Of a stretch of 64,000 bases of DNA, positions 19,056-30,050 are shown piece after piece. The stretch lies in the sequence record OP114733. One strand, written 5' to 3'. This DNA is from Escherichia phage vB_EcoM-pEB20. Made by a program: the position numbers and the translations under genes. The notes under the pieces are model-generated. The model was not told the origin of the DNA. It saw only the letters and a program-made list of their open reading frames with translations, and ran no database searches. The stretch's first letter is position 1; the number at the start of each line of letters is the position of its first letter.

Positions 19056-20164
19056 TAGAAAGTCCCCGCATAAAGTGAAGAACGGTTTAATGTAATAATT
19101 TCTCGCATTGTTATCTCTAACGTAAATGTTGATGGTAAGTTAGGAGCAACAGCGAGACCATTAAATTGTCCATTTGGAGTTTTATCAAAACGTACGCTTT
19201 GAATTTGACATGGGCCAAATACATCAGTTAACCCGTCAAATTTAGACGTGTGTCCAAAGTTTTTAACCATCCAAATTGTAGGGTTGCTTACAACTAATAC
19301 ATTTGTTAATGACGCAGTAATCTTTTCAAACAATGTCTTATTTTTTACTGCATCGTCTGGTGTCATAGGCTCAATAAACGTTGAACGGTACCATTCGTCT
19401 AAATAACTTTTAATCTCTTGGGCGTACTGTGATTTACCGGTCTCACCATAAGAGAAATAGTTAAAATACTGGTAAATGTTTATAATAGCCATAAGGTCTT
19501 CAGTTGAACGCGGAGTTAAATCCCATGTAAAGACTTTAGTACGGTTCTCAGCACCGCCGTACATACTACGAGAAGTCGTATAAATCTGCTCGTTATTATC
19601 AGCCATAAGCCCTTGAGTAATAGAATCTAATGCACCAAAAACTGCAGTAGAAGCAATGTTACTTAAAACACCCGTAGCAGTACCTCCACCTTTAGTAATA
19701 AGGCTATCACCGATATCGTTAAAACGATGTGAAGTTGTATCAACGTCGGATTTGGAACGTGGCAAAAGTATATTAGCAACAGGAGTTTTGTTTATAGTAG
19801 ACTTATTAGCTCCGGCAGGAAGCAATCCATTTGAGAATTTAGTCACTGCATCTTTCACATTATCAGTTAAATCTGATATGATACCATTAGATGAAGTACC
19901 GGCATACGCCGGACGTAAATTCCTGAGGGATCCTGAATCGCGTGCAGACATATTGTACGCGGTAAATAATAATCCATTCTTATAAAGGTCTGTTACCTGG
20001 AAGTCTCCTGTGGAGTCATTTCCGGCTGCTCTTCCTGTAGGAAATTGAGCAACATAAGTTTTAGTAGTTGTTTCGGTTTTAGTGCTTTGCCCGGCACTTT
20101 CTGAGACTGGGATTGCTTTATTTAAATCCTTTGCATCTACTACTATTTCTTTTACACTAATCAT
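19055..20164 (-). CDS. 48: Baseplate tail tube cap gp48
   Basis: 369 aa; synteny 54-48-29. Confidence 0.8.
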   Translation of the reverse strand: MISVKEIVVDAKDLNKAIPVSESAGQSTKTETTTKTYVAQFPTGRAAGNDSTGDFQVTDLYKNGLLFTAYNMSARDSGSLRNLRPAYAGTSSNGIISDLTDNVKDAVTKFSNGLLPAGANKSTINKTPVANILLPRSKSDVDTTSHRFNDIGDSLITKGGGTATGVLSNIASTAVFGALDSITQGLMADNNEQIYTTSRSMYGGAENRTKVFTWDLTPRSTEDLMAIINIYQYFNYFSYGETGKSQYAQEIKSYLDEWYRSTFIEPMTPDDAVKNKTLFEKITASLTNVLVVSNPTIWMVKNFGHTSKFDGLTDVFGPCQIQSVRFDKTPNGQFNGLAVAPNLPSTFTLEITMREIITLNRSSLYAGTF

Positions 20165-20172
20165 AATAATCC

Positions 20173-21945
20173 TTAATTAACACCGGTGGCATGGAAAATT
20201 CCAGGAGCCGTTGTACTTGTTACAGGGGTCATATTCTGGACTACGGTATTCTTTTTGACGACATTATTTGTGTTACTAATCGCCGCTACCGGTTGCTGTT
20301 GTTTAGATTCAGAAGCACGTCCTTTCTCTATTGACTGAACTTGTTTTGCTTCCGGAGATTTAGACGAAGATTCAGGCTTAACTGTTGTCTGAGCCTTTTT
20401 GGCTTCAGCCATTTTATTATTTAGCTTTTCAAATCTAGCATCTAATTCCTTTTTAACAACAGGAGTTTTATTAAGTTCAGGGTCTTTAATAAGTTTACTT
20501 AAATCAGCATAAGACTTCTCGACGTTTTTAGCATTTTCCGGATTAGTCATATCGATTTTATCGATATAATCCTCAAATCTAACCAGTGCCGCACGAGTTT
20601 CATTAGCTTTTATATACGCCTCTTTACGCTCCTCTTCAGGTAACTCTTTTAATTTTGCTGATTCCGCAGCACGCTCATCGCTTGTACTAAACTCTTCTTT
20701 ATTGTCATTACCACGAACCCAGTTAGTAACGAATGTTTTGCCGCGTTGTAACATATCAAGACCTTTAGAAACGGTTCCTAATTCCCCATCGTCACGCTTC
20801 ATTTGATATTTAGCGACTTTCTCTTGGTCTTCTTTCTTTAATTTGTTCCCAGTAGTTTCTTGGAATCCTTCCAAAGCACGTCCTTCTATTTCGTCCGCGG
20901 TATCACCAAAACCTATAGCACGCAATATAGACGCAGAGAGTTTAGCCATTCCTAATTGAATTAGTTCACCTAAGTTCATTAATGCTGTTCCTACACCTTT
21001 GACAATAGCAACGGTTAAACCACCCCAGTCTCCAGCTTCCCACAATTGTTTTATAGAGTCAATAGAAGTGAATATATCACTTAAGAATTTACCCCACTCT
21101 TTAGCTTCATCGGAGAATTTAGTAAAGTTTTCATCAAATAAATCCCAGGCAGAAGTGAACTTGTCTGTCCAATATTTGAAATGGACTATCAATAAATCAA
21201 TACCGATAACAATACCAAGAATAAGTGCGGCCATTTTTGCTGCTTCAATAGCAGCCGTTATAGTGTATTTGAAAAGCATTCCAGCAATTCTGTCTGAAAT
21301 TGATATTGATTTATTAAACCCGGTTTGAACTGTTTTGGTGAGCATTGCAATTTTATCGCTCAATTTAAAGCTAATCCCGCCTTTAGAATCGGAAGTAGAA
21401 TTAGCACTTTCTTGAACCGGCGCTGGGAAGAAATCTTCGTCTGGCTTATTATCAATCTTTTCAGGTGTAGGGAATGCTTTAAACAGCTCATCAGAAGTTT
21501 CATTCTCAACCACTTTAACAGGTATTGCGTTCTCAATTACTTCAAGAGAGGTGCCTCCTGTATTTTGAATAGCGGTAGATGTTTGTAATTTTTGCTCTAA
21601 TAATGTAGCTAATCGGTCTAACTTAGAGCTTATTGCACTAGAAACTTCGTTTATACTTTTAGTGACTTCAGTTTGTTTTTCAATAACTTCTGCGATAAGC
21701 TCTGTGCCTTCAGCAGTATTATCTGTCGAATTCTTTAAGTCTCCAATTGATTCAATAATTCCATTGCCTTTATCTTCTACACTTTGTGATGTGAGTTCAG
21801 ACGCGGCTTGGACATCGTCTAGTTTTGATGAAATGTTATTCAATGCTTCTAATGAATCGGTAGCTGCATCAGCAGCTACTTTTTGTGGTTTATTATCGGC
21901 AATGACCTTATTTCTACGCATGGATTTCATTTCTTCAGGTTTCAT
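20173..21945 (-). CDS. 29: Tail tape measure protein gp29
   Basis: 590 aa, same length as T4 gp29; synteny. Confidence 0.85.
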   Translation of the reverse strand: MKPEEMKSMRRNKVIADNKPQKVAADAATDSLEALNNISSKLDDVQAASELTSQSVEDKGNGIIESIGDLKNSTDNTAEGTELIAEVIEKQTEVTKSINEVSSAISSKLDRLATLLEQKLQTSTAIQNTGGTSLEVIENAIPVKVVENETSDELFKAFPTPEKIDNKPDEDFFPAPVQESANSTSDSKGGISFKLSDKIAMLTKTVQTGFNKSISISDRIAGMLFKYTITAAIEAAKMAALILGIVIGIDLLIVHFKYWTDKFTSAWDLFDENFTKFSDEAKEWGKFLSDIFTSIDSIKQLWEAGDWGGLTVAIVKGVGTALMNLGELIQLGMAKLSASILRAIGFGDTADEIEGRALEGFQETTGNKLKKEDQEKVAKYQMKRDDGELGTVSKGLDMLQRGKTFVTNWVRGNDNKEEFSTSDERAAESAKLKELPEEERKEAYIKANETRAALVRFEDYIDKIDMTNPENAKNVEKSYADLSKLIKDPELNKTPVVKKELDARFEKLNNKMAEAKKAQTTVKPESSSKSPEAKQVQSIEKGRASESKQQQPVAAISNTNNVVKKNTVVQNMTPVTSTTAPGIFHATGVN

Positions 21946-22412
21946 TCAAGCAATCCAATAATTTCTGCTATACCCTTAATAGGACCATTAGGGCCTGGAA
22001 TAGCAATAGTTGTCGAAAGGTCTTCTGCCCATTTGATTACAAAAGCAGGCATCTCAAGGAAAGAAATTTCTTTCTCTTCGTCATTAACTTTTATTAAGCA
22101 ATTTGATAGCATTTCACTGATTGTAGCGAATTGTTCAAATTTGCCTGGGGGTCTAAAATAAAAAGTATTACCTTGAAATTGGAATTCTGTTCGTTGGCAT
22201 ACATAGACGTCATCTAGTTTATAAGTGAATCCATCTTTTTCAACTTCGGACTTAAGTTTGTTATTAAATTCCAATATGTGTAGACATGCAAAATCAAAAT
22301 CTGCGGGACTCATATTTTTACAAATAGAATCAGCTAAGATTTTCATGTTTTCGTCAGGACCTTTAACGTCCTTTAAAAGATTATAATGTTTGAGCCCTAA
22401 TTTAGGAATCAT
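21942..22412 (-). CDS. 28: Baseplate hub distal subunit gp28
   Basis: Tracked ORF is 177 aa; start trimmed to internal ATG (22412) to avoid overlap with gene 27. Confidence 0.75.
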   Translation of the reverse strand: MIPKLGLKHYNLLKDVKGPDENMKILADSICKNMSPADFDFACLHILEFNNKLKSEVEKDGFTYKLDDVYVCQRTEFQFQGNTFYFRPPGKFEQFATISEMLSNCLIKVNDEEKEISFLEMPAFVIKWAEDLSTTIAIPGPNGPIKGIAEIIGLLE

Positions 22413-22422
22413 TACCTTTTTA

Positions 22423-23595
22423 TTAGACTGTGGTAGAATTATTTTCTTTAGAGGTAGAATCAGATTTAAGTTCATTTTTAACCTTAACTGGGTTAACAGG
22501 TTCTAACACCATTGAGTTGGTAAACATGTACAGATGAGTTTGTGAGTTGTTATTTGATAACTCATGAATAACTTCATCTACGTAAAATTCGGATTTGAAT
22601 TGGTTCTTTTGGTCAACAAATATAATTTTAGTAGCAGGCGTTATGTTAAAATTACCTGTAGTAGTGCATTTAGCATATCCGTCATATTGAGCCATTGTCT
22701 GAAGACGACTTGCTTCTTCAAATCCATTACGATAGGTCATTTCAGAATATCCGCCGGATCTTGACACAAGAATAGCATTATCACCATCGCCTGTAACAAT
22801 AACCGGAATAGATGTATCTAAAAATGAATGGGCGAATATTGTGGCGTTTTTAATAGGGTCTCTTGTAAATTGGTTGGCTTTAGTCATCCAGGTGAAATCC
22901 CATACTAATGGATACTCAAGCTCTTGAATATACTGACCTACGGTATTTGGCTCACCTACAATCATCTTAATGCCTTCCTGACCAATAAGAGTATCGTAGT
23001 CAATCATGTTTACGCCTAAAATATCTTGCCATACGAATACGAACTTATCACTCGCTGTAGCAAGTCCTAATTCTCTGACATATGCCAAATAATCATCAAA
23101 TGTGCTTGTCCAAGGGATATCAGGAACATAAGCATTAATAGTGTTTATTGGCGGAGTAATTAACGCACGGTCTTTGTATATGACACCTAACATTTCACGT
23201 ATAGATTCGCCTGCGTCCGGGAAGAATGGACGCCCAAATTTAAGGTTCTCTATAGAATGTATTGTTCCAAGCTCAATTGCAATAATATTGTCACCTTTTG
23301 AGTCCACAGACACAGAATAATGTCTACATCCATAAATTCGAGTTCTAACTTGGAGAGGTGTGTTTGAATTTGAAACAGAGATTTGAACTATCTGTCTACC
23401 GTCCATTTTAGTGTGGATGTTTTTAGTGTCATAAAATTGAAGAATCCCTTCATTTCTTCCATATAGCGAATCTCGCATGGTTAAAGTTGTTATTGTTGCC
23501 GCGAGTTCAACGTATCTATTTTCTTGCCAAGCCGAATAATCTTGGTATAATTTAACGCTTAAGTTAGGATATCCTGGACGTTGGAATACTTTCAT
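22423..23595 (-). CDS. 27: Baseplate hub subunit gp27
   Basis: 390 aa; synteny and length. Confidence 0.85.
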   Translation of the reverse strand: MKVFQRPGYPNLSVKLYQDYSAWQENRYVELAATITTLTMRDSLYGRNEGILQFYDTKNIHTKMDGRQIVQISVSNSNTPLQVRTRIYGCRHYSVSVDSKGDNIIAIELGTIHSIENLKFGRPFFPDAGESIREMLGVIYKDRALITPPINTINAYVPDIPWTSTFDDYLAYVRELGLATASDKFVFVWQDILGVNMIDYDTLIGQEGIKMIVGEPNTVGQYIQELEYPLVWDFTWMTKANQFTRDPIKNATIFAHSFLDTSIPVIVTGDGDNAILVSRSGGYSEMTYRNGFEEASRLQTMAQYDGYAKCTTTGNFNITPATKIIFVDQKNQFKSEFYVDEVIHELSNNNSQTHLYMFTNSMVLEPVNPVKVKNELKSDSTSKENNSTTV

Positions 23596-24344
23596 TTTTT
23601 ATGGTCCTTTTCTACTAATGTTAAAGCAATACCACGTTCAACAGGAATCATTTGCATAATAGAATCCAATGTGTATTGACTCTTTACCAGTGAATGGTTT
23701 ATCTGATAGAATGTAAAAATCTCATCAGGGTTAACTAACAATTTAAAAACCTCTAAGATATCAGTATATGTTTTAACATGACGTTCACAACAGCCTAATC
23801 TAAGGGTCAAATTAATAGGGTTCATAGAAGCAATAACCTTCTCGAGCGAGTCAATGTCTATTGCTTCTATTACTTGGATTTGGTTCTCTTCAGTCAAATC
23901 ATTCCATGGGTACCATTCATCATTATAATATATTTCTTTTATGTTTTCACTTATCATTAATGCCTTGTTGTCATAAAACTTTTCAGGGAAAGAAAAACGT
24001 ATTTTTATACCAGCAACATCAAGTTCAGGTTCGACTAGTTCTTTTTGATATATCTCAAATGGTGCAGTTTTTTCTTTAGAGCATTTAGGGCAAGTGAAAA
24101 TAACGGGAACTTTTGTTTTGCCTATAGAGCCTGCAAAAACTTGCAGGAATATAAATGGTTGCCATGTTTTAGGGTACTCGCCAAAATAATCATCAATCAG
24201 ATCGGCAATTATTTCTTTTTGTTCTTGCGGCGAACGATGTTCGATATCATTTCTAACTAGTAAAAAGTCTCTATAATCCGCTACGGTGAACGGCTTAAAA
24301 CGATGAACACCATCCGGTAATTTACAACGAATTATATTAGCCAT
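23592..24344 (-). CDS. 51: Baseplate hub assembly catalyst gp51
   Basis: 250 aa; synteny. Confidence 0.8.
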   Translation of the reverse strand: MANIIRCKLPDGVHRFKPFTVADYRDFLLVRNDIEHRSPQEQKEIIADLIDDYFGEYPKTWQPFIFLQVFAGSIGKTKVPVIFTCPKCSKEKTAPFEIYQKELVEPELDVAGIKIRFSFPEKFYDNKALMISENIKEIYYNDEWYPWNDLTEENQIQVIEAIDIDSLEKVIASMNPINLTLRLGCCERHVKTYTDILEVFKLLVNPDEIFTFYQINHSLVKSQYTLDSIMQMIPVERGIALTLVEKDHKK

Positions 24345-24361
24345 AATTACTCCTTTTCTAT

Positions 24362-24369
24362 TATTTATA
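24362..24369 (-). promoter_or_regulatory. Late promoter TATAAATA (minus strand) for gene 51
   Basis: Forward tatttata; overlaps the plus-strand late promoter. Confidence 0.55.
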
Positions 24370-24373
24370 AATA
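24366..24373 (+). promoter_or_regulatory. Late promoter TATAAATA for gene 26
   Basis: Exact 8-mer 19 nt upstream of the gene 26 ATG, AAGGAG RBS. Confidence 0.65.
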
Positions 24374-24391
24374 CACAATAAAGGAGTTAAC

Positions 24392-25018
24392 ATGTACAAA
24401 TATACGTTTACAGTACGTTTAGGCGATAAAGAAGTGAATTGTAGAGCCTTTACTTTAAAAGAATATTTAGGACTCATAGGTGCGCGGGCTACCGGTACTA
24501 TTGAATCCGCAGTGAACAATATTATCACTAATTGCTCTAATGCTAAAAACTTGACTAAACAAGAAGCCGAGTTATTGTTGGTAAATCTGTGGGCACATTC
24601 ATTAGGTGAAGTGAATCAAGAACACACCTGGAATTGTTCCTGTGGGCATTCATTTCAAGTCTATATGAATTTATTGCACACTCAATTAGATGAACAGGCC
24701 GATCCCTGGTATTCGTTCAGCGGTATTAAAATTAAGTTCCGTCAACCTAAATTATTTGACGATAAAAATATCGCATTAATGATTGCTTCATGTATTGAGG
24801 CCGTTTTTGTCAATGGAGAGTCCATCCCTGTTGAAGATTTAACTGAAGCAGAAATAAACGACCTTTACGGCCTTATAACGGAAGATGACATGATCAATAT
24901 TAAAAATCTTTTAGTGTCGCCATCAATTTATCTGGCAACCCCTATTAAATGTCCCAAATGTGGGGCATCACACGTTCACACAATACGAGGCCTCAAAGAA
25001 TTCTTTGAGTTACTATAA
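24392..25018 (+). CDS. 26: Baseplate hub subunit gp26
   Basis: 208 aa; synteny. Confidence 0.8.
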   Translation: MYKYTFTVRLGDKEVNCRAFTLKEYLGLIGARATGTIESAVNNIITNCSNAKNLTKQEAELLLVNLWAHSLGEVNQEHTWNCSCGHSFQVYMNLLHTQLDEQADPWYSFSGIKIKFRQPKLFDDKNIALMIASCIEAVFVNGESIPVEDLTEAEINDLYGLITEDDMINIKNLLVSPSIYLATPIKCPKCGASHVHTIRGLKEFFELL

Positions 25019-25416
25019 TGTCTAATATCAATAAACTTTATTCAGATATCGACCCAGAAATGCGTATGGATTGGAACAAGGACGTTGCTCGTTCTGTAGG
25101 ACTTCGTTCTATTAAAAATAGTCTTCTTGGTATAGTGACAACTAGAAAAGGCTCACGCCCCTTCGACCCTGAATTTGGATGCGATTTGGTTGATGAACTT
25201 TTCGAGAACATGACACCACTTACAGCCGATACGATTGAGCGTAATATCCAGGCAGCTGTTCGTAACTATGAGCCACGCATCGACAAACTTTCTGTAAGTG
25301 TAACGCCAGTATATGATGACTATACGGTTATAGTAGAGATTAGATTTTCGGTCGTAGACAACCCTGACGATATTGAACAAATTAAACTTCAGTTAGCGTC
25401 AAGCAATAGAGTGTAA
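25018..25416 (+). CDS. 25: Baseplate wedge subunit gp25
   Basis: 132 aa, same length as T4 gp25. Confidence 0.88.
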   Translation: MSNINKLYSDIDPEMRMDWNKDVARSVGLRSIKNSLLGIVTTRKGSRPFDPEFGCDLVDELFENMTPLTADTIERNIQAAVRNYEPRIDKLSVSVTPVYDDYTVIVEIRFSVVDNPDDIEQIKLQLASSNRV

Positions 25417-25441
25417 TGCTTCAAGGCAACCTATGTATAAT
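25417..25441 (+). promoter_or_regulatory. MotA-dependent middle promoter (TGCTTCA box, 12-nt gap, TATAAT)
   Basis: Read directly; upstream of uvsY. Confidence 0.6.
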
Positions 25442-25495
25442 GGTTTTAGGTCCTTCCGATACAGCCGGGAGATTATTAGTTAAAGAGAGAATATT

Positions 25496-25909
25496 ATGAA
25501 GCTGGAAGATTTACAGGAAGAGTTAGACGCAGACTTAGCTATTGATATGACAAAGTTGCAATATGAGACGGCGAATAATGTTAAGTTATACAGCAAATGG
25601 CTACGTAAGCACTCATTTATTCGTAAAGAAATGTTGCGTATAGAGACTCAGAAGAAAACTGCTCTAAAAGCAAGATTAGACTACTACTCGGGACGAGGTG
25701 ACGGTGATGAATTCAGTATGGACCGATACGAGAAATCTGAAATGAAAACTGTCCTGGCTGCAGATAAAGATGTGCTTAAAATAGAGACTACTTTACAATA
25801 CTGGGGAATTTTACTTGAGTTCTGTAGTGGTGCACTTGACGCAGTTAAGTCTCGTAGTTTTGCACTTAAACATATCCAAGATATGCGAGAATTTGAAGCG
25901 GGGCAATAA
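25496..25909 (+). CDS. uvsY: Recombination mediator UvsY
   Basis: 137 aa, same length and position as T4 UvsY. Confidence 0.88.
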   Translation: MKLEDLQEELDADLAIDMTKLQYETANNVKLYSKWLRKHSFIRKEMLRIETQKKTALKARLDYYSGRGDGDEFSMDRYEKSEMKTVLAADKDVLKIETTLQYWGILLEFCSGALDAVKSRSFALKHIQDMREFEAGQ

Positions 25910-26133
25910 TGCGTTATTCAATTGAAGATGCCTTTAATAATGACGAAGAATTTGAAACTGAAATTAAATTCTTAATGGAAAAGTATCGTCTACGTCGTCA
26001 GGATATTCGTATCCTGGCAGACCACCCGTGTGGTGAAGACGTCCTTTATATTAAAGGAAAATTTGCCGGATATCTTGATGAATATTTTTATTCTAAAGAT
26101 ATGGGCATTGATATGCATATGAGAGTTGTATAA
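25909..26133 (+). CDS. Hypothetical protein (74 aa; T4 uvsY.-1 position)
   Basis: ORF coupled to the uvsY stop. Confidence 0.5.
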   Translation: MRYSIEDAFNNDEEFETEIKFLMEKYRLRRQDIRILADHPCGEDVLYIKGKFAGYLDEYFYSKDMGIDMHMRVV

Positions 26134-26136
26134 ATA
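26129..26136 (+). promoter_or_regulatory. Late promoter TATAAATA
   Basis: Exact 8-mer 30 nt upstream of the small ORF at 26166. Confidence 0.55.
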
Positions 26137-26165
26137 GATATGTAATTTCAACTTAGGAGGCAATC

Positions 26166-26333
26166 ATGTCAGATAAGATTTGTGTTGTCTGTAAAACTCC
26201 AATCGATTCTGCATTGGTTGTTGAAACAGACAAAGGTCCAGCACATCCTGGTCCTTGTTATAATTATGTCCAACAATTACCGGTTTCAGAAAGTTCAGAA
26301 GAGCAATTGAACGAAACCCAACTTTTACTATAG
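26166..26333 (+). CDS. Small Cys-containing hypothetical protein (55 aa; not in ORF track)
   Basis: AGGAGG RBS then ATG; translation MSDKICVVCKTP...PGPCYNY... with CxxC plus a third Cys. Confidence 0.5.
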   Translation: MSDKICVVCKTPIDSALVVETDKGPAHPGPCYNYVQQLPVSESSEEQLNETQLLL

Positions 26334-26340
26334 TGTTACC

Positions 26341-26391
26341 TTTTTTTGCCTATGGTTTTTGGCCCTTCCAAAAAAGGTCGGGCCTTTTTTT
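26341..26391. terminator. Bidirectional terminator region (GC stem flanked by T-runs on both sides)
   Basis: tttttttgcc...ggccc...gggcc ttttttt between convergent ORFs. Confidence 0.55.
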
Positions 26392-26393
26392 AA

Positions 26394-26624
26394 TTAGAAG
26401 TCTTCTTCCACATCCTCATCATCGCCTTCAAGTTCGGCACGCTTACCTGCTAAGGCATCCCTGACAGAAATATCATCTGTATCTTTTAATTCCGTTTCTT
26501 TTATACGTTTCTTATAATAAGCTTCCAATTCTTCAAGCCCTTCTAGGGTATGACAACTAGCAATTTTACCCATGAATTCGTCAATAGATGCTTCGTATAA
26601 AAATTGTTTAAATTCAAGTACCAT
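26394..26624 (-). CDS. UvsW.1-like small acidic protein
   Basis: 76 aa ORF immediately downstream of uvsW on the same strand; acidic C-terminus. Confidence 0.55.
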   Translation of the reverse strand: MVLEFKQFLYEASIDEFMGKIASCHTLEGLEELEAYYKKRIKETELKDTDDISVRDALAGKRAELEGDDEDVEEDF

Positions 26625-26636
26625 TTTTATCTCCTA

Positions 26637-26650
26637 AGGGCCGAAGCCCT
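26637..26650 (-). terminator. Stem-loop AGGGC-UUCG-GCCCU between uvsW and downstream ORF, overlapping its RBS
   Basis: Read directly. Confidence 0.4.
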
Positions 26651-28164
26651 TATAAATTAATTGTTTTCATTACATAGTTAAATTTCTCATCAGCGTAACG
26701 TTGGATACGATCAATACCGTGTTTTAACAAGTAATTAAGATGAGTATACTTCTTTTTAGTATTTAATGATTTAGGTTTTACACCTGCGTCATCTATGAGA
26801 TCCCAAACTGTAGCAACAGATTTAGAACCATGCTTGCGAAGCACACGACCTACGGTTTGAAGTACGATAATTTTTGATTTAACACCATGGGCAAAAATAA
26901 CATGATGAAGATTCTTGACTGAAATACCAGTAGAGAATACTCCATATGATGCGACAATAATAATGCCTTTACCATTTTCTGCCATGACTTTAAGCGCATT
27001 ACGTGTTTCAGTATCAACTTCACCTGATACGTAATAAACTTTTTCGTATCCAAGCTCTTTAATAGCTTCAAATATTTCTTTACCGTGTGTAACGTGTTTA
27101 AACATTACAAAGGCGTTCTCGTCTTTCTTAGCCAATTTTACTGAAAGTTGAGCAATCCACTTTGTACGTCGTTTTAGTCCTGTAATAATTTTAACTTCTT
27201 CTTGGTATGTTTTACCTTTTAATTTGGTGGCGAATTCGTCTGGATAACGAAGGAAAATACTATTAATCTTAAGCTCAGTTACCTGTCCATCTTCCATTAA
27301 TTTAGACGTGCTAACAGGACGGAAGATTTCGCCGAACATACCTACGTACTGCATTACATTGGCTTTTCCGTCTCTTAATGAGCCAGATAAACCGAATTTA
27401 AACATACAATTATTTAATCCTGCGATGATTGAAGAAATACTTTTGCCTGTTGCTAAGTGGCATTCATCGTTCATCATCATACCGAACTGAGAGAACCATT
27501 CTTTAGGCTGCTTAACTACCGTTTGCCATGTGCCAACAATAATTGGAGCGTCGTTTTTAGCTCTGTCTGCTTTATCAGCGCCACCGCCAATTTTCTTAAT
27601 CATCGAATGACTAAACAAGCGATAATCAACAAAATCGTTAGCCATTTGGGTTGTCAATGCTGTTGTAGGGACGATAATGAGAATTTTACCTTCATAGTTC
27701 TCTAGATAATACCGAGCTAAAAGTGCTTGGATTAGTGATTTACCTGCTGATGTCGGAAGGTTTAAAATTCGACGACGATTAACTAGTCCTTCATATACCG
27801 CGTCTTTTTGATACCAATGTGGTTCGATTTTGGCATTGCCAGAATAAATTTCTTGTTTAGAAAGCCATGCGTCAAAATCTTCCCTGGTAAGGTCTTCGGT
27901 CTCAAAGATTTTAGGGTCAATCCATACAGAATAACTCATATTGTTACAGAACTTTTTTATTTGTCCTACAAGTCCATATGGTAACAAACGGTTGTAATCT
28001 AAAAGTCGAATTCTACCATCCCATTGCCCGTAGCGATATTTTGGGTTAAATTTATACCCGTCAGCTTCAAAGCTAAAAAAGTCACGAAGTTCGTAAAACG
28101 TACTTTCGTCGCATTCAATGCGCACGTGACTAAAATCATAAAAATGTACTTTAATGTCAGTCAT
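26650..28164 (-). CDS. uvsW: UvsW DNA/RNA helicase (SF2)
   Basis: 504 aa; helicase motifs (LPTSAGKS Walker A, DECH box); position next to uvsY. Confidence 0.9.
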   Translation of the reverse strand: MTDIKVHFYDFSHVRIECDESTFYELRDFFSFEADGYKFNPKYRYGQWDGRIRLLDYNRLLPYGLVGQIKKFCNNMSYSVWIDPKIFETEDLTREDFDAWLSKQEIYSGNAKIEPHWYQKDAVYEGLVNRRRILNLPTSAGKSLIQALLARYYLENYEGKILIIVPTTALTTQMANDFVDYRLFSHSMIKKIGGGADKADRAKNDAPIIVGTWQTVVKQPKEWFSQFGMMMNDECHLATGKSISSIIAGLNNCMFKFGLSGSLRDGKANVMQYVGMFGEIFRPVSTSKLMEDGQVTELKINSIFLRYPDEFATKLKGKTYQEEVKIITGLKRRTKWIAQLSVKLAKKDENAFVMFKHVTHGKEIFEAIKELGYEKVYYVSGEVDTETRNALKVMAENGKGIIIVASYGVFSTGISVKNLHHVIFAHGVKSKIIVLQTVGRVLRKHGSKSVATVWDLIDDAGVKPKSLNTKKKYTHLNYLLKHGIDRIQRYADEKFNYVMKTINL

Positions 28165-28193
28165 GTCAAATTACCATGTAATAAATATAGTTA

Positions 28194-28201
28194 TATTTAT
28201 A
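28194..28201 (-). promoter_or_regulatory. Late promoter TATAAATA (minus strand) for uvsW
   Basis: Forward tatttata about 30 nt upstream of the uvsW start. Confidence 0.55.
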
Positions 28202-28214
28202 ATGAGGAAATACC

Positions 28215-28883
28215 ATGATCGATAAAGACTATATTGAAGAGTTACGTGCTCTTTCTGATAAAAAGGAAGCCAAAGCTAAACTGTTCGAATATGCGGAACA
28301 ATTTGGCATTAGTGTTAAGAAAACAAAATCATTCGATAATATTGTTATTGATATCGAAGAAGCTCTTAACGCACTGGCTGATGAACCATTACCTGAAACT
28401 GATGGATTATCTATCACCGATTTAATTACTGCCGCAGATGATGTGGACGGTGTTAATTTCACTAATGAAGAAGTTAAAGAAGAAGCTATTCTGTTGTTTG
28501 ATTCTCCAACAGAACAAGTTGAAGTATTAGAAGTTGTCGAACAAGAAAAAGAATTCGACCATGATAAATTCGAAGAAGCAATTACTCAGGTTGTTGAATC
28601 TGAAAAAGAGCCTGAGCCAGAGGTAAATAAAGAAGTAAAATTTGTTCTGCCTGAAAATTTTAGTCCTACACTCATTAAATTAGGCAAAGGCCCAGGATAT
28701 GTTACTGTTCCTTGGTGGATTTATCAATGGATAGCCGAAACCCCGGATTGGAAATCTCGTCCAACCAGTTTTGTGCACGCTTCTGCTCACCAAACATTAT
28801 TTAGCTTAATTTATTATATTAATCGCGATGGATCAGTTCTAATTCGTGAAACTCGTAATTCTTCTTTCGTAACATTAAAATAA
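28215..28883 (+). CDS. inh: Putative Inh (inhibitor of prohead protease), positional
   Basis: 222 aa ORF directly upstream of hoc, as in T4. Confidence 0.55.
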   Translation: MIDKDYIEELRALSDKKEAKAKLFEYAEQFGISVKKTKSFDNIVIDIEEALNALADEPLPETDGLSITDLITAADDVDGVNFTNEEVKEEAILLFDSPTEQVEVLEVVEQEKEFDHDKFEEAITQVVESEKEPEPEVNKEVKFVLPENFSPTLIKLGKGPGYVTVPWWIYQWIAETPDWKSRPTSFVHASAHQTLFSLIYYINRDGSVLIRETRNSSFVTLK

Positions 28884-28892
28884 GGATAACTT

Positions 28893-30050
28893 ATGGCTTT
28901 TACAGTTGATATAACTCCTAAAACACCTACTGGAGTTATAGATCAGACTCAGCAGTTTACTGCTACTCCCAGTGGTGAAACTGGAGGTGGAACTATTACC
29001 TATGCATGGAGTGTAGACGATGCTCCTCAAGTAGGATCGGCAGAAACTTTTGATTATGTGTTAAAAGGACCCGCTGGAACAAAAACAATTAAAGTTGTTG
29101 CAACAAATACACTTTCTGAAGGAGGCCCGGAAACGGCTGAAGCGACAACAACTATCACAATTCAAAATAAAACTCAGACAACTACGTTGGCAGTAACTCC
29201 TAATAGCCCTGACGCTGGAGTAATTGGAACAGCTATTGAATTTACTGCCGCTTTAGCTTCGCAGCCATCGGGCGCAAACGCTACTTATCAATGGTATGTA
29301 GATGATTCACAGGTTGGTGGAGAAACTAACTCTACATTCAATTACACTCCTGCCGAAAGCGGGGTAAAAAGAATTAAGTGTGTGGCCCAAGTAACCGCAA
29401 CAGATTATGACGCACTAAGCGTTACTTCTAATGAAGTGTCACTGACTGTTAATAAAAAGACACAGACAACTACGTTGGCTGTAACTCCGGCTTCTCCGGC
29501 GGCAGTAGAAATTGGAACAGCAACAACATTCACTGCTAATGTAAGCAATCAACCTGCTAGTGCCGTTATTGCTTATACATGGAAAGTTGATGGTTCTACT
29601 ATTAGTGGTCAAACGCAATCAACCTTTAAATATATACCAACATCTGAAGGAACTAAGTCTATAACTTGTTCTGTCACGGTGACTGCAACCAATTATGATG
29701 ATAAAACAGTAGAATCGTCACCGGTGTCTTTGACCGTAAATAAGAAGACAATGAATCCACAGGTTACGTTGACCCCTCCTTCTATTAATGTTCAGCAAGA
29801 CGCTTCAGCCACATTTACTGCTAATGTCACTGATGCACCACCAGAAGCACAAATTACTTATTCATGGAAGAAAGATTCTTCTCCTGTAGAAGGATCAACT
29901 AACGTGTATACTGTCGATACCTCATCTATCGGAAGTCAAACTATTGAAGTTACTGCAACTGTTACCGCTACTGATTATGATAGCAAAACTATTACAGCAG
30001 AAGGTCAAGTTCAGGTAACCGATAAAGTTGCTCCAAAACCAGAAGGTGAA
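28893..30050 (+). repeat. Four tandem ~290-bp coding repeats (Ig-like domain units) within hoc
   Basis: Repeats 2 and 3 share near-identical DNA stretch cagacaactacgttggc.gtaactcc at 29164 and 29458. Confidence 0.7.
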
